From the NCBI GenBank assembly GCA_029262635.1, contig JAJCZA010000022.1, forward strand, positions 58,222-122,221: a stretch of 64,000 nt of DNA. Direction: 5' to 3'. The translations under genes and the position numbers were made by a program. This document shows positions 1 through 9,988 of the stretch, in pieces. The notes beneath the pieces were generated by a model. That model had not been told where the DNA came from, ran no database searches, and saw nothing but the letters and a program-made list of their open reading frames with translations. The first letter of the stretch is position 1; every line of letters starts with the position of its first letter. The stretch is from Vampirovibrionales bacterium. Lineage in GTDB: Bacteria > Cyanobacteriota > Vampirovibrionia > Vampirovibrionales > Vampirovibrionaceae.

Positions 1-1307
1 ACATAAGCTGGCCTCGATCGGAGAAATTCAACTTTCGGTTTAAAACAAACACTCCCATCAAACTACCAAAAAGAAGAACAGCCAACGTGTAGAAGTCTGT
101 TCTCAAAGTCATAGCAAGAAGAAACACAACCAATGTTGTTACGAGTAGGCCAATACGGGGATGAGTCAAAATTGAAATCGAGAGGGAGAAGGCCGCCAAC
201 GGGAAAATATAAGGGGAAATATGGAACATATCAATTTGTGAATTAAAGGTTAAGCGTTGAGTCAGCATAAAAATGATAGTGAAAGCCACAGAAAGCGTCA
301 TAATCATGCTTGAATAGGAGGGTGAGAAGAAACGGCCACCATCATAAGCCCTCAAGTAGTTCCAAACCGTAATCGTAAAGAAAAATGTTAACAAAACCAC
401 ACCGAGGCAGGCAATTCCATTGATTCCTTTTACGGACTTACCAATGGTTTCCAGCGCGCTTTCCGTTACTGGTGTTACCCTCCTGCCTTTTTCTACAATA
501 ATTTCGCCCTTTTTGTATTTTCGAATCACGGGCACCACACGAGATTCAGCTTCATTTTTCAGGCGAATCATTTCTTTTTCATTAACCACCTGTGTGGGAA
601 TCAACACCGAGAACGCCAGTACCTCAGCGACTTCAGAGTTTTTTCTGCTTAGGTTGGACGGCATGACGGCCTTAATAATGGCTTCACGGTCCTCAAAATA
701 CTCTTCCTGTGTCAGTCCTCGCTTAAGAATTTTCTCTGAAACGACATAGTCGGTCGTTTCCTTAATCTTGTCCCAGTCCTCTTCGGAAAGTTTCTTTTTA
801 ATCAGCCGGTTAAAAACAATATCCGCCTTCGGGTTCTCGGATAGGGCTGCGATCCGGGCAAACGCTTCTTGTTTTTCCTCCCGTGACATTTCTTTATCAA
901 AAATTAACGCGGCCAGACTTTTGGTCAATAGATCGAGGTTGGCTATCACCTTTTGATTAAAATCATCCCGAGGCAAATAAACCGGTGAAGCATCGATTTT
1001 GAGCCGTGCCCGCTCGATGAGTTGCCGAGTTTCCCCGCTGTCCACTACTTCAATAGCATAAGGAGCATAAAAAGATTGTTTACTGATACCCCCTTCGTCG
1101 ATAGTTTTCTCAACGGCCAGATAGTCAAAACTTAAAATCGGAGAGAGCAGAAGAAAGGTAATGGCCCCAAAAATTAGGGTCCAACCTTTTTTTGAAAAAA
1201 TCGAGGTAAATAGTTTGTTCCACTGCCGACGTAACCGCTCGGAAAAAACCAATTCTTCTTCGATCAAGGGAACGGTTCCCTTATTTTCCTGATCCGATGG
1301 AGCCATA
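1..1307 (-). CDS. 7TM receptor with intracellular HD/HDIG phosphohydrolase domain; C-terminal end runs off the window start
   Basis: Reverse-strand translation starts with ATG at 1305-1307 (MAPSDQENKG...). There is a long soluble N-terminal region and then multiple hydrophobic helices toward position 1 (7TM-HD family architecture). The six-frame track misses it because the stop lies outside the window. Confidence 0.55.
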
Positions 1308-1496
1308 ATCTCTTGGGTTTCCTTGTAAAAAGCCTATTCTAACCATTATATACTCCTATTCTACCCGAATTTCCCCGATTTAAACTATTACATTCGTAGA
1401 CATATCATCTGTTCAGGTGATAGTCTCTCCCTTCTATTTGCCTATATACTGATTGTAAACAAAGTATTTTCAGATGGAATTGATGGAAGGTTAACC

Positions 1497-1721
1497 ATGT
1501 CAGACCACCCGGATGCCCATTCATTGGACTCTTTAACCAGCAATAGTCAACCCTGCTCCGAGGATATTAACGGTAAAGAGGGGACAACGAACCCTATTTT
1601 TCAGAACCCTAATTCAGCTCACCTAGAGAACATTTCTCTTTCCAGCTTAAAGCGTTTTCAGAAGCAGGCTCCTTTTAAAAAGGCCCGCTTTCAGGGGAAA
1701 GTAACGCCTTTAGAATTCTAA
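1497..1721 (+). CDS. small hydrophilic hypothetical protein (74 aa)
   Basis: ORF in a 500-bp intergenic gap, preceded by GGAAGG about 6 nt upstream of the ATG. No recognisable domain. Confidence 0.25.
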   Translation: MSDHPDAHSLDSLTSNSQPCSEDINGKEGTTNPIFQNPNSAHLENISLSSLKRFQKQAPFKKARFQGKVTPLEF

Positions 1722-1818
1722 TTCCTTTCTTCTTATTAAAAGCTTTAAACGCTTCGGTATCGACCCCAATCTGTGCTAATATGCCACTGTATTCAATTGT
1801 CCTTGGGGTTTATCACCA

Positions 1819-2469
1819 ATGGTTGTCTCACCCACCAATGCGCCAGTAGATAGTCTGCCAGAAACCGCTTCAAAACAAGATTGCCTTGACGTCATCGCTC
1901 AGCAAGCGGCTCAGTGTTCTCAATGCGATTTGCATACCGGGCGAACCCAGTCGGTTTTTTCGGATGGTAACCCTGAAGCGCCTCTTATGTTGATTGGCGA
2001 AGGCCCCGGTCAGCACGAGGATGAATCCGGTATTCCATTTGTCGGGCGGGCTGGTCAATTGCTGACCCAGATTTTGGCTTCTGTGGATATTGATCGGAAA
2101 ACCGACATTTACATTTGCAATATTGTCAAATGCCGCCCCCCACAAAACCGGGCCCCTGTTCCTGAGGAAATGGCCCGTTGCTTTTCTTTCTTAGAAGAGC
2201 AGATTCGTATTGTTCAACCCAAATACATCCTACTCGCTGGCGCAACAGCTATGAAAGGGGTTTTGGGGATAAAAACCGGTATTACCAAAGTACGGGGCCA
2301 ATGGTTTGACACACCTTACGGGAATGCGAAGGCGATGCCCATTTTCCACCCCTCTTATCTGTTGCGTTACGGTTCCAAAGAAAAATTTACTCCCAAGTGG
2401 TTCATGTGGCAAGATATGAAAGAAGTGAGACAAGTACTGGATGAGCTTAATTCAGCTTCAAATGCCTGA
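1819..2469 (+). CDS. udg: uracil-DNA glycosylase, family 4 (Fe-S type)
   Basis: Motifs GEGPGxxED, FVGRAGQLL and HPS(Y/A)LLR, plus Cys residues near the N-terminus, are typical of family-4 UDG. Confidence 0.85.
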   Translation: MVVSPTNAPVDSLPETASKQDCLDVIAQQAAQCSQCDLHTGRTQSVFSDGNPEAPLMLIGEGPGQHEDESGIPFVGRAGQLLTQILASVDIDRKTDIYICNIVKCRPPQNRAPVPEEMARCFSFLEEQIRIVQPKYILLAGATAMKGVLGIKTGITKVRGQWFDTPYGNAKAMPIFHPSYLLRYGSKEKFTPKWFMWQDMKEVRQVLDELNSASNA

Positions 2470-2482
2470 CTCTACACAATAG

Positions 2483-3088
2483 CTAGGTCGGAAAAACAGT
2501 AATGGCTTCCGGGTTTTCTGGACAGTGTTTTTGGCAGATCCCGCAGCCAGTGCAATCCTCACCCTGAACAAGAGGAAGCCCTTCTACCAGCTTAATGGCC
2601 TGCTCAGGAAGGGGGCAGACCTCATAACAGAGAGTACATTTAGAGCCTCGATAGGCTGTACACGTTAGCCGGTCGAGAACCGCAGTACCGACCTTGATTT
2701 GATTAATCGACTTTACCGGTAACAGGGCTTCTGTAGGGCAAGCCGTGATACAAGGGGTTCCTTCGCAAAGAAGGCAGGGGTGTTCTCGAAGGTTAACCAT
2801 TGCCGGCGTGCCATCAATAGCCTCTCCCGTCCCATAATGAACTGAAATGGCCTCATGAGGGCAGGCCATCGTACAGGCATCACATCGAGTACACAATGAG
2901 AGAAAGAGGGCTTCCATTTGAGCGCCAGGGGGACGAACAAAAGGCCGTTCTTTCAAGGGTTCGAGTACTTTTTCCGACTCCTTAAGCAAATGGCCCAGAA
3001 CCGACCGAAAACCATACTCGATAAACGATCGACGATCCACTCTTATCTCGGAGGTAAGCCTGTTAAGATCACGAAAACCATTACTCAT
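2483..3088 (-). CDS. 4Fe-4S poly-ferredoxin-type protein
   Basis: Four Cys clusters of the CxxCxxCxxxCP type (CTRCDACTMACP, CLLCEGTPCITACP, CTLCYEVCP, CTGCGICQKHCP). AAGGA RBS 5 nt upstream of the ATG on the minus strand. Confidence 0.75.
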   Translation of the reverse strand: MSNGFRDLNRLTSEIRVDRRSFIEYGFRSVLGHLLKESEKVLEPLKERPFVRPPGAQMEALFLSLCTRCDACTMACPHEAISVHYGTGEAIDGTPAMVNLREHPCLLCEGTPCITACPTEALLPVKSINQIKVGTAVLDRLTCTAYRGSKCTLCYEVCPLPEQAIKLVEGLPLVQGEDCTGCGICQKHCPENPEAITVFPT

Positions 3089-3108
3089 GTCCTTAGTCTA
3101 GCGAAAAC

Positions 3109-3127
3109 AAAGTGAAGTTAGAGAAAA
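3109..3127. repeat. 19-bp direct repeat copy 1 (AAAGTGAAGTTAGAGAAAA) upstream of tRNA-Arg
   Basis: Perfect 19/19 match with 3303-3321, read directly from the sequence. Confidence 0.9.
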
Positions 3128-3216
3128 ACCCTTAAAACCTTATTATTTACACCTTTTTTATAAAATTCTCTTTCAATTTCAACCAGCTTGTCCTAGAATA
3201 CCGTTCAAGAACCGAT

Positions 3217-3293
3217 GCGTCAGTAGCTCAGCTGGATAGAGTACTTGGCTTCGAACCAAGCGGTCGGGGGTTCGAATCCCTCCTGGCGTACCA
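3217..3293 (+). tRNA. tRNA-Arg (anticodon TCG), CCA encoded
   Basis: Cloverleaf read by hand: acceptor GCGTCAG/CTGGCGT (two G-U pairs), D-arm GCTC-AGCTGGATA-GAGT, anticodon stem CTTGG/CCAAG with loop CTTCGAA, T-arm GGGGG-TTCGAAT-CCCTC, terminal ACCA. Closely resembles E. coli tRNA-Arg(ACG) apart from the anticodon. Confidence 0.85.
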
Positions 3294-3302
3294 GTTCTTT
3301 AA

Positions 3303-3321
3303 AAAGTGAAGTTAGAGAAAA
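3303..3321. repeat. 19-bp direct repeat copy 2 downstream of tRNA-Arg
   Basis: Identical to 3109-3127. Confidence 0.9.
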
Positions 3322-3430
3322 TGTCCCGAGATCTTGAAGAAAGATTTATTGTAAAAAAGGGCTCGACTTAAAGAAAGCCCCTCTACTGCTCCCCAATTAG
3401 TTTAAATCGTTACTCTGCCCTACCCTATGT

Positions 3431-4177
3431 TTACCGAATCGAACACCGAACACCTTGGACTTGTAACTGCGACTTAACGTCATCCAATTCACTTCTTGAA
3501 AACGGTACGGCCCGCTTGGAAAAATCCGGATCAAGTAAATTGCCATTAACAAAGGGCTGAAGAATAAATCGTCCTTGAGGGGTTGTTGGCGAAACCCATT
3601 GCCCCATCTCAACCAAATCAGCCATGGTATGAAGGGGCCTAACTGCCGTCGTTCGGAATTCATAAGGAACACCCGATTGCTTGATTTGCCGAATGCTCTC
3701 CTCCAGTCGGGATTCCAGATGACTTGCTGACCCTTCATGACCTGTACCCGCAACCTGCTCATAATGCGCCAGTGGCATTTTAAAGTCCATGGCGATAAAG
3801 TCCACTAAGGACTGACTTAACACCTGTTTTAACACATCCGGACGACTACCATTGGTATCCAGCTTGGCTTTAAACCCCATAGCTTTCACCCGGTGTAAAA
3901 ACGGGATAAGCCCTTTTTGAAGAGTGGGCTCTCCCCCGCATAACACCACGCCATCCAAAACCGAGCGACGTTTTTCCAGAAAAGCGAACACACCTTCTTC
4001 GCTCCACTCGGTTACAGGCTTTGAATAGGCTCCCTGTTCGGCGGGAGGAAGCACCAGTTCTGGATTGTGACAGTAAGGACATCGGAAGTTACACCCTCGT
4101 GTAAACACCACTGCCGCCACACAGCCAGGGAAATCCGAAAACGAGTGCTTCAACAAGCCGCCAACCTGAAGGGTCAT
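3431..4177 (-). CDS. nrdG: anaerobic ribonucleoside-triphosphate reductase activating protein (radical SAM)
   Basis: CxxxCxxC radical-SAM motif (GCNFRCPYCHNPE) near the N-terminus. Translationally coupled to nrdD (4-nt overlap). Confidence 0.85.
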   Translation of the reverse strand: MTLQVGGLLKHSFSDFPGCVAAVVFTRGCNFRCPYCHNPELVLPPAEQGAYSKPVTEWSEEGVFAFLEKRRSVLDGVVLCGGEPTLQKGLIPFLHRVKAMGFKAKLDTNGSRPDVLKQVLSQSLVDFIAMDFKMPLAHYEQVAGTGHEGSASHLESRLEESIRQIKQSGVPYEFRTTAVRPLHTMADLVEMGQWVSPTTPQGRFILQPFVNGNLLDPDFSKRAVPFSRSELDDVKSQLQVQGVRCSIR

Positions 4178-6468
4178 ATGGCAACCTCAAACGGGCTCAG
4201 CTGTTCCAGTTCTGCTTCGTTCATGATCGATGTCAACGCGTAACCGCTATCCGGGTAAAACCAATCCGAGCTTTCCTGTGGGGTGTCATTGACCGAAAAC
4301 GTTTCCCGCAAGCCAAATTCCGCCCGTTTTCCATGGTTCCATTGTTTAACCGGCCGAAGATAGCCCACCACACGCGAGTAGACTTCCGCCTCTTCACCAC
4401 AGGTCGGACACTGGGGGTGCTGACCCGCTACATAGCCATGGGAAGGGCATACGCTAAATGTGGGGGTAACGGTAAAATAAGGGATTTCATAATTTTCACA
4501 CACGGTTTTAATAAACGAACGAACCGCATCTGAATCGCTAATTTCTTCACCGACAAAGACATGTGCCACCGTTCCTCCAGTGTACAGGGGTTGCAGGCGA
4601 TTTTGGTGATCCAGCGACTCAAAAATGTCATCCGTATAATTCACTGGCAAATGAGAGGAATTCGTATAAAACGGTTCGGAAGAGTAAGCCTCCTCATCAG
4701 AGGCCAGACCAGAGTTCGCAAAGGCAATATCAGGGTAACGTTTTTGATCCAGACGCGCCAGACGGTAGGCCGTCCCTTCAGCGGGTGTGGCTTCTAAATT
4801 ATACAGATTACCAGTTTCCTCCTGAAAATCCTGAAGCCGATCCCGCATAAACTCAAGCACCTCTTCTGCAAAACGAGCCCCTTCTTCATCGGCAATGGCT
4901 TTACCCAGTAAGTTCACACAGGCTTCATTCATCCCAACCAACCCAATGGTTGAAAAGTGATTATGCCAGTATTGCTCATAGCGTTTTAAAATGTCTCGCA
5001 AATAGAACTGGGTATACGGATACAGTCCTTTTTTCGTTAAACTTTCCAATATTTTTCGTTTAATTTCCAGACTGGTTTTCGCCATATCCATCAGCGCCGA
5101 CAACCGGTTAAAAAAGTCAGCCCGATCGGTTGATAAATAGCCAAGCCGAGGCAGGTTCATGGTCACCACGCCAATAGATCCCGTTAGCGGGTTGGCTCCA
5201 AACAGGCCGCCACCCCGACGATCCAGTTTTCGGGTGTCTAACCGAAGCCGACAACACATAGAGCGAGCATCCTCTGGCGACATGTCAGAATTCACAAAGT
5301 TTGCAAAGTACGCAATCCCGTATCGTGCAGTAACTTCCCATAACAGTTGCAGATTCGGGTTATCCCAGTCAAAATCTTTTCCCACATTATAGGTTGGGAT
5401 GGGAAAGGTAAAGACTCGTCCACGCGCATCGCCTTCTTTCATTACTTCCAGAAACGCTTGATTCAAGATATCCATTTCTGCCTGAAAATCGCCGTAGGTC
5501 TCGTTCTGATATTCGCCCCCAATAACCACGGGCTCACCTGCGTACATTTTAGGGACAATAAGATCCATAGTAATGTTGGTAAACGGCGTCTGAAATCCAA
5601 CCCGGGTCGGTACATTGACGTTAAACACAAATTCCTGAAGCGCCTGTTTTACTTCAGCATAACTGAGTTGATCGTACCGGATAAAAGGTGCGAGAAACGT
5701 GTCAAAATTAGCAAACGCTTGCGCCCCGGCAGCTTCACCCTGCAGCGTATAAAAGAAATTGACCATCTGGCCCAACGCCGTTCTGAAATGCTTGGCGGGC
5801 AAGCTTTCCGATTTTCCAGATGCTCCGGTAAACCCTTGGCGAAGCAGATCTTTTAAGTCCCAACCCACACAATAGACCGAGAGTTGATTCAAGTCGTGGA
5901 TATGCAAATCTCCTTCCTCATGAGCTTTTTTCACTTCGGCTGGATAAATTTTATTGAGCCAATAGGTCTTGCTCACCTCCGATGCGAGATAATTGTTTAA
6001 TCCCTGAAGCGAATAGGCCATATTACTGTTTTCATTTACCTGCCAATCAAGGCACTGCAAATAATCATCCACGAGATCCACCTGAGACGTGGAAACCCAC
6101 TGGCGCATGTTGGCATGTTGCTCTCGGTAGAGGATATAGGCTTTGGCAGTTTTTTTATACGGCGATTCTAGCAAAATAATTTCAACAATGTCCTGAATGG
6201 TTTCCACATCCGCCATGACAGGCCTTGTCTGCGTTTTTAACAGAAACAGCTGATTTTGCAAAATCGCCAGCGCTTTAATCACTAAGGTATTGGCGACTTT
6301 CTCGTCAAATTCGCCTGTGGCTTTTCCCGCTTTGATTAAGGCATTTAAAATTTTGTTGCTGTCAAACGGAACAATCTCACCATTTCTTTTTTTCACGTTG
6401 GAATTCATTAAACTCATATCGCTTGCACCTCTTTCTTTTTGCTCACTCAAAAGACCCAGCAAAATCAT
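4174..6468 (-). CDS. nrdD: anaerobic ribonucleoside-triphosphate reductase, class III, with N-terminal ATP-cone
   Basis: 764 aa. ATP-cone-like N-terminus (VKKRNGEIVPFDSNKI). Glycyl-radical C-terminus (RVVGYLRPVKQWNHGKRAEFGLRE) preceded by a Cys-rich Zn ribbon (CPSHG...CPTCG). Confidence 0.9.
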   Translation of the reverse strand: MILLGLLSEQKERGASDMSLMNSNVKKRNGEIVPFDSNKILNALIKAGKATGEFDEKVANTLVIKALAILQNQLFLLKTQTRPVMADVETIQDIVEIILLESPYKKTAKAYILYREQHANMRQWVSTSQVDLVDDYLQCLDWQVNENSNMAYSLQGLNNYLASEVSKTYWLNKIYPAEVKKAHEEGDLHIHDLNQLSVYCVGWDLKDLLRQGFTGASGKSESLPAKHFRTALGQMVNFFYTLQGEAAGAQAFANFDTFLAPFIRYDQLSYAEVKQALQEFVFNVNVPTRVGFQTPFTNITMDLIVPKMYAGEPVVIGGEYQNETYGDFQAEMDILNQAFLEVMKEGDARGRVFTFPIPTYNVGKDFDWDNPNLQLLWEVTARYGIAYFANFVNSDMSPEDARSMCCRLRLDTRKLDRRGGGLFGANPLTGSIGVVTMNLPRLGYLSTDRADFFNRLSALMDMAKTSLEIKRKILESLTKKGLYPYTQFYLRDILKRYEQYWHNHFSTIGLVGMNEACVNLLGKAIADEEGARFAEEVLEFMRDRLQDFQEETGNLYNLEATPAEGTAYRLARLDQKRYPDIAFANSGLASDEEAYSSEPFYTNSSHLPVNYTDDIFESLDHQNRLQPLYTGGTVAHVFVGEEISDSDAVRSFIKTVCENYEIPYFTVTPTFSVCPSHGYVAGQHPQCPTCGEEAEVYSRVVGYLRPVKQWNHGKRAEFGLRETFSVNDTPQESSDWFYPDSGYALTSIMNEAELEQLSPFEVAI

Positions 6469-6696
6469 CTTTCTCTTATTCTGTCGGAATCAATAACCCA
6501 CCTGTGTCGTCCCACGGATCGCTGATCAATTAAGCAACAATCTCATATACTACAGGTGGAAGATTATTATACAAACCAAAGCAACTCTTAGACAATTGCC
6601 TGTTCGGTTAGTACACTTGAGAGTAGTGGAATTTATCCGGTCAGTTTATAAAGCTTTAATGGCTCAAGACAAGACATTAGCAACAACCAAAACAAC

Positions 6697-9600
6697 TTAC
6701 TTTTTAGCTTTAGTGCCTGTTTTCTTTTTTCCAGAAAGTTGACTGACTGCGGATTGAGACCCTTGTTTCTGAGCGGGGGTGTTTTGTTGAAATAAGCTAT
6801 CGGTCTCATTAACGGGATGCTCAATTTGCTGAGCATCGGTAAGGGCTGTATTCACTCCACCTGAATGCTCGCCAGACAACAATTCAGGCGCCATTTGCCG
6901 CTCCACCTGAATTTCTATTTTTGCTCTGAAGAGCAAGGAGATAGTTTCTCGTTGAATCTCAAATGTCAGATTCTGGAACAGCTCAAAGGCTTCCCGCTTG
7001 TATTCCATCAACGGATCCTTCTGGCCGTAAGCCCGAAGGCCAATGCCCTCTCGAAGCGCATCCAGATTGTGCAAGTAGTCGATCCACTTGGAATCAATCA
7101 CTGAGAGTAAAATATCCCGTTCAATGCGTCGTAAAGGATGTTTATAATGGGTCAACTCTTCTTCTGTGAGGGTTTCTTCGAGCTTAATAACGCTTTCCTC
7201 ATCTTCATCTTCGGAAAGCCCTAGAAGCTTAATGCCATGGGTTTCGTCCAATTCAGCGGCCATGCGGCTTAGTTCAGCTTCAATATTCTCATACGTTTTT
7301 ACACCCTCCTTAATCAGAAAGTCAATTAAGGCGGGGTAGGTGTTTAGCTCTTCCAGTTTTTCATCGTTAACAAAAGCCAATTGAGGCACTTTGGCATGGA
7401 GGTTTGCCAGCAGGTCGGTAACCACTTCCTCTTCCCAGTCAGGAGACTCGCCTTCCGGGGTTAAATAAGCCGTGACACAGCGCTCCATTTCAAGTTCTAC
7501 CATATGCAGAATGCTTTCTCGAAGTTTATAGCCTTCCAGCACCCGCTTACGCTGTCCATAAATTAGTTTCCGCTGCTCGGTCAGCACGTCATCATATTTT
7601 AAAACGTTTTTTCGGATCTCAAAATGGTAAGCTTCAACCTTACGTTGAGCACCTTCAATAACCTTGGTGACCATGGGAGCGGTAATCGGCATGGTCTCGT
7701 CCACGTTAAGAAATTCCATGAGATCGGATACCTTTTGCCCACCAAAAATCCGCATGAGCGTATCTTCCAGCGACAGGTAAAAACGGGTGGAACCGGGATC
7801 GCCCTGACGAGCGGCTCGTCCACGAAGCTGGTTGTCAATTCGGCGAGATTCATGGCGCTCGGTTCCCAGAATATGCAAACCGCCCGCTTCAATCACTTTT
7901 TCTTTTTCGGCGTTGGTTATTTTTTCCTGCTCAAGAAAGACCGCATCAAATTCCTCTTGCGGAACAGCATCCAGATGACGACCCGCCTGAATAAAATGTT
8001 CTCGAGCCAGAAATTCCGGGTTGCCACCCAGCACAATATCCGTCCCTCGACCTGCCATATTTGTAGCGATAGTAACCCCGCCAAAGCGTCCAGCCTGAGC
8101 GACAATTGAAGCTTCCTGCTCATGATGCTTCGCATTCAGTACATGGTGTGGGATACCTTTTCGAATGGCTTGAACCACATCCGCCGTATCTGCCATGGCC
8201 AGTAAAAAGTCCCGATGTTCGGCCGGGATTTTTTTGTCTTTTGCGATTTTAGCCAGTTCATCCCCGGTGGCGGCTTCTGGGTTTTTTAGGAACGGGCGCA
8301 ATTGCTCCTGAAGTTCAGGTTTGCCTTCAAGTACTTTCGCCAGCCGGGTGGATTTACCCCGAAGGTGTTGGGTCATTTCTCGCGAACTGCTGAGCAGACT
8401 GGACAACCATTCAGACTTCTCAATCGAGGTGGTACCCACCAGAACAGGATTACCTTCTTGATGGCACTCCACAATCTCTTCAATGACTTTATAAAATTTC
8501 ACTTTTTCGGTTTTATAAATCACATCACCCTGATCAATCCGTTGATCAGGACGGTTAGTCGGAATCGCGGTGACTTCCAGATTATAGATTTTTCCAAATT
8601 CCGCTTCTTCAGTCAAGGCGGTTCCAGTCATACCAGAAAGTTTTGGGTAAAGTCGAAACAGGTTTTGGAATGTAATACTTGCCAACGTCTGGGTTTCGTC
8701 TTGAATATGCACCCCTTCTTTCGCTTCTACCGCTTGGTGCAAGCCATCACTCCAACGGCGACCTTCCATCATTCGGCCGGTAAACTCATCCACAATGACG
8801 ATTTCACCGTCTTTGACCACATAATCAATATCATGACGAAACAATTCCTTGGCTTTTAGGGCCTGAAGCAAGTGATGGGCAAAATTGGTGCGGGGATCAA
8901 ACAAATCATCCACCTGCAACATTTCCTGCGCCCGATCAATACCCTCTTCCGTCAAGATAATATTTTTAGCTTTTTCATCAATGGTGTAGTCTTCGCCCTC
9001 TTTCAGTTGAGGTGCCAGACGGGCCATAGCCTGATACGTTTCAGCCGATTGCTCCAACCGACCGCTGATAATCAGCGGTGTTCGGGCTTCATCAATCAGA
9101 ATACTGTCCACTTCGTCAATAATGGCGTAGTTATAAGGGCGTTGCACCATTTGGGTTTTAGAACCCGCCATGTTGTCTCGTAAATAATCAAAGCCAAATT
9201 CATTATTGGTGCCGTAAGTGATATCACTAGCGTAAGCCTGTTTCTTAGCCTGAAAACTATCAAAGCCACGCTGTTCGGACAATACAACACCCACAGTAAG
9301 CCCTAAAAAACGATAAACCTCACCCATCCACTCAGCGTCCCGCTTCGCAAGATAGTCGTTAACTGTAATGACATGAACCCCTTTCCCGGTCAGGGAATTT
9401 AAATAGGCAGGAAGGGTCGCAACAAGGGTTTTTCCTTCACCGGTTCGCATCTCAGAAATGCTGCCCTGATGAAGAATCATGCCCCCAATCATTTGAACAT
9501 CGTAATGGCGCAGACCAATCGTTCGGCGGCTCGCTTCCCGGACCACGGCAAAAGCTTCCGGAAGAATCCACTCAAGAGCTTCTTGCTCATATTTGTAATC

Positions 9601-9792
9601 TCGCTCTGGATCGGGATCACACGGTCGATCAGCCAGCTCTTTTCTAAATTGTTCTGTTTTTCCACGAAGCTCTTCGTCAGTTAGCGTTTCCAACTCGGCT
9701 TCAAATCGATTGATAATATCCAGAGTGGGTTCCAGTTTTTTAATTTTGCGTTCGTTGGGGTCGCCGAGTATTTTATTAATCCATTGGAGCAT
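6697..9792 (-). CDS. secA: preprotein translocase ATPase SecA
   Basis: 1031 aa, canonical SecA N-terminus (MLQWINKILGDPNERKIKKLEP) and DEAD-motor motifs. The C-terminus ends in a Lys-rich tail without the CxCxSGx8C(H/C) zinc finger. Confidence 0.95.
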   Translation of the reverse strand: MLQWINKILGDPNERKIKKLEPTLDIINRFEAELETLTDEELRGKTEQFRKELADRPCDPDPERDYKYEQEALEWILPEAFAVVREASRRTIGLRHYDVQMIGGMILHQGSISEMRTGEGKTLVATLPAYLNSLTGKGVHVITVNDYLAKRDAEWMGEVYRFLGLTVGVVLSEQRGFDSFQAKKQAYASDITYGTNNEFGFDYLRDNMAGSKTQMVQRPYNYAIIDEVDSILIDEARTPLIISGRLEQSAETYQAMARLAPQLKEGEDYTIDEKAKNIILTEEGIDRAQEMLQVDDLFDPRTNFAHHLLQALKAKELFRHDIDYVVKDGEIVIVDEFTGRMMEGRRWSDGLHQAVEAKEGVHIQDETQTLASITFQNLFRLYPKLSGMTGTALTEEAEFGKIYNLEVTAIPTNRPDQRIDQGDVIYKTEKVKFYKVIEEIVECHQEGNPVLVGTTSIEKSEWLSSLLSSSREMTQHLRGKSTRLAKVLEGKPELQEQLRPFLKNPEAATGDELAKIAKDKKIPAEHRDFLLAMADTADVVQAIRKGIPHHVLNAKHHEQEASIVAQAGRFGGVTIATNMAGRGTDIVLGGNPEFLAREHFIQAGRHLDAVPQEEFDAVFLEQEKITNAEKEKVIEAGGLHILGTERHESRRIDNQLRGRAARQGDPGSTRFYLSLEDTLMRIFGGQKVSDLMEFLNVDETMPITAPMVTKVIEGAQRKVEAYHFEIRKNVLKYDDVLTEQRKLIYGQRKRVLEGYKLRESILHMVELEMERCVTAYLTPEGESPDWEEEVVTDLLANLHAKVPQLAFVNDEKLEELNTYPALIDFLIKEGVKTYENIEAELSRMAAELDETHGIKLLGLSEDEDEESVIKLEETLTEEELTHYKHPLRRIERDILLSVIDSKWIDYLHNLDALREGIGLRAYGQKDPLMEYKREAFELFQNLTFEIQRETISLLFRAKIEIQVERQMAPELLSGEHSGGVNTALTDAQQIEHPVNETDSLFQQNTPAQKQGSQSAVSQLSGKKKTGTKAKK

Positions 9793-9988
9793 GGGGTACT
9801 CTCTCTTTTATCGCTAGTCTGAATCCTAAAATTCTAGCACAACTTCCTGTGAGACCCCACCTTTAAACAGAATTCCTAGAGAAGAATGTATGACTTTATT
9901 GATTTTAGACTGTTTGACGGGCATGAAAAATCAGCCGTCAAATGGCCTGACGAGGTCCAGAAATTACCCAATAGAGTTAACCTCTATT

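Noticed and set aside
420-956. Plus-strand ORFs 420-749 and 768-956
   Set aside because: They lie antisense inside the minus-strand 7TM-HD gene. Their translations are low-complexity (Ser/Phe/Ile-rich) with no RBS or domain, so they are shadow ORFs.
2483-3088. Possible twin-arginine (Tat) signal on the poly-ferredoxin (VDRRSFIEYG)
   Set aside because: The RR is not followed by a hydrophobic h-region or an AxA cleavage site. The protein is more likely cytoplasmic.
6469-6696. Candidate NrdR box upstream of nrdD (ACACTTGAGAGTAGTG near 6619-6634)
   Set aside because: Only the outer CACT/AGTG arms match the NrdR consensus. The AT-rich core is not conserved and I could not find a properly spaced second box. 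Too weak to call.
7624-9183. Several 100-185-aa plus-strand ORFs (7624-8109, 8302-8859, 8872-9183)
   Set aside because: All are antisense to the well-supported secA reading frame and Phe/Asn-rich, as expected for shadow frames of a coding region.
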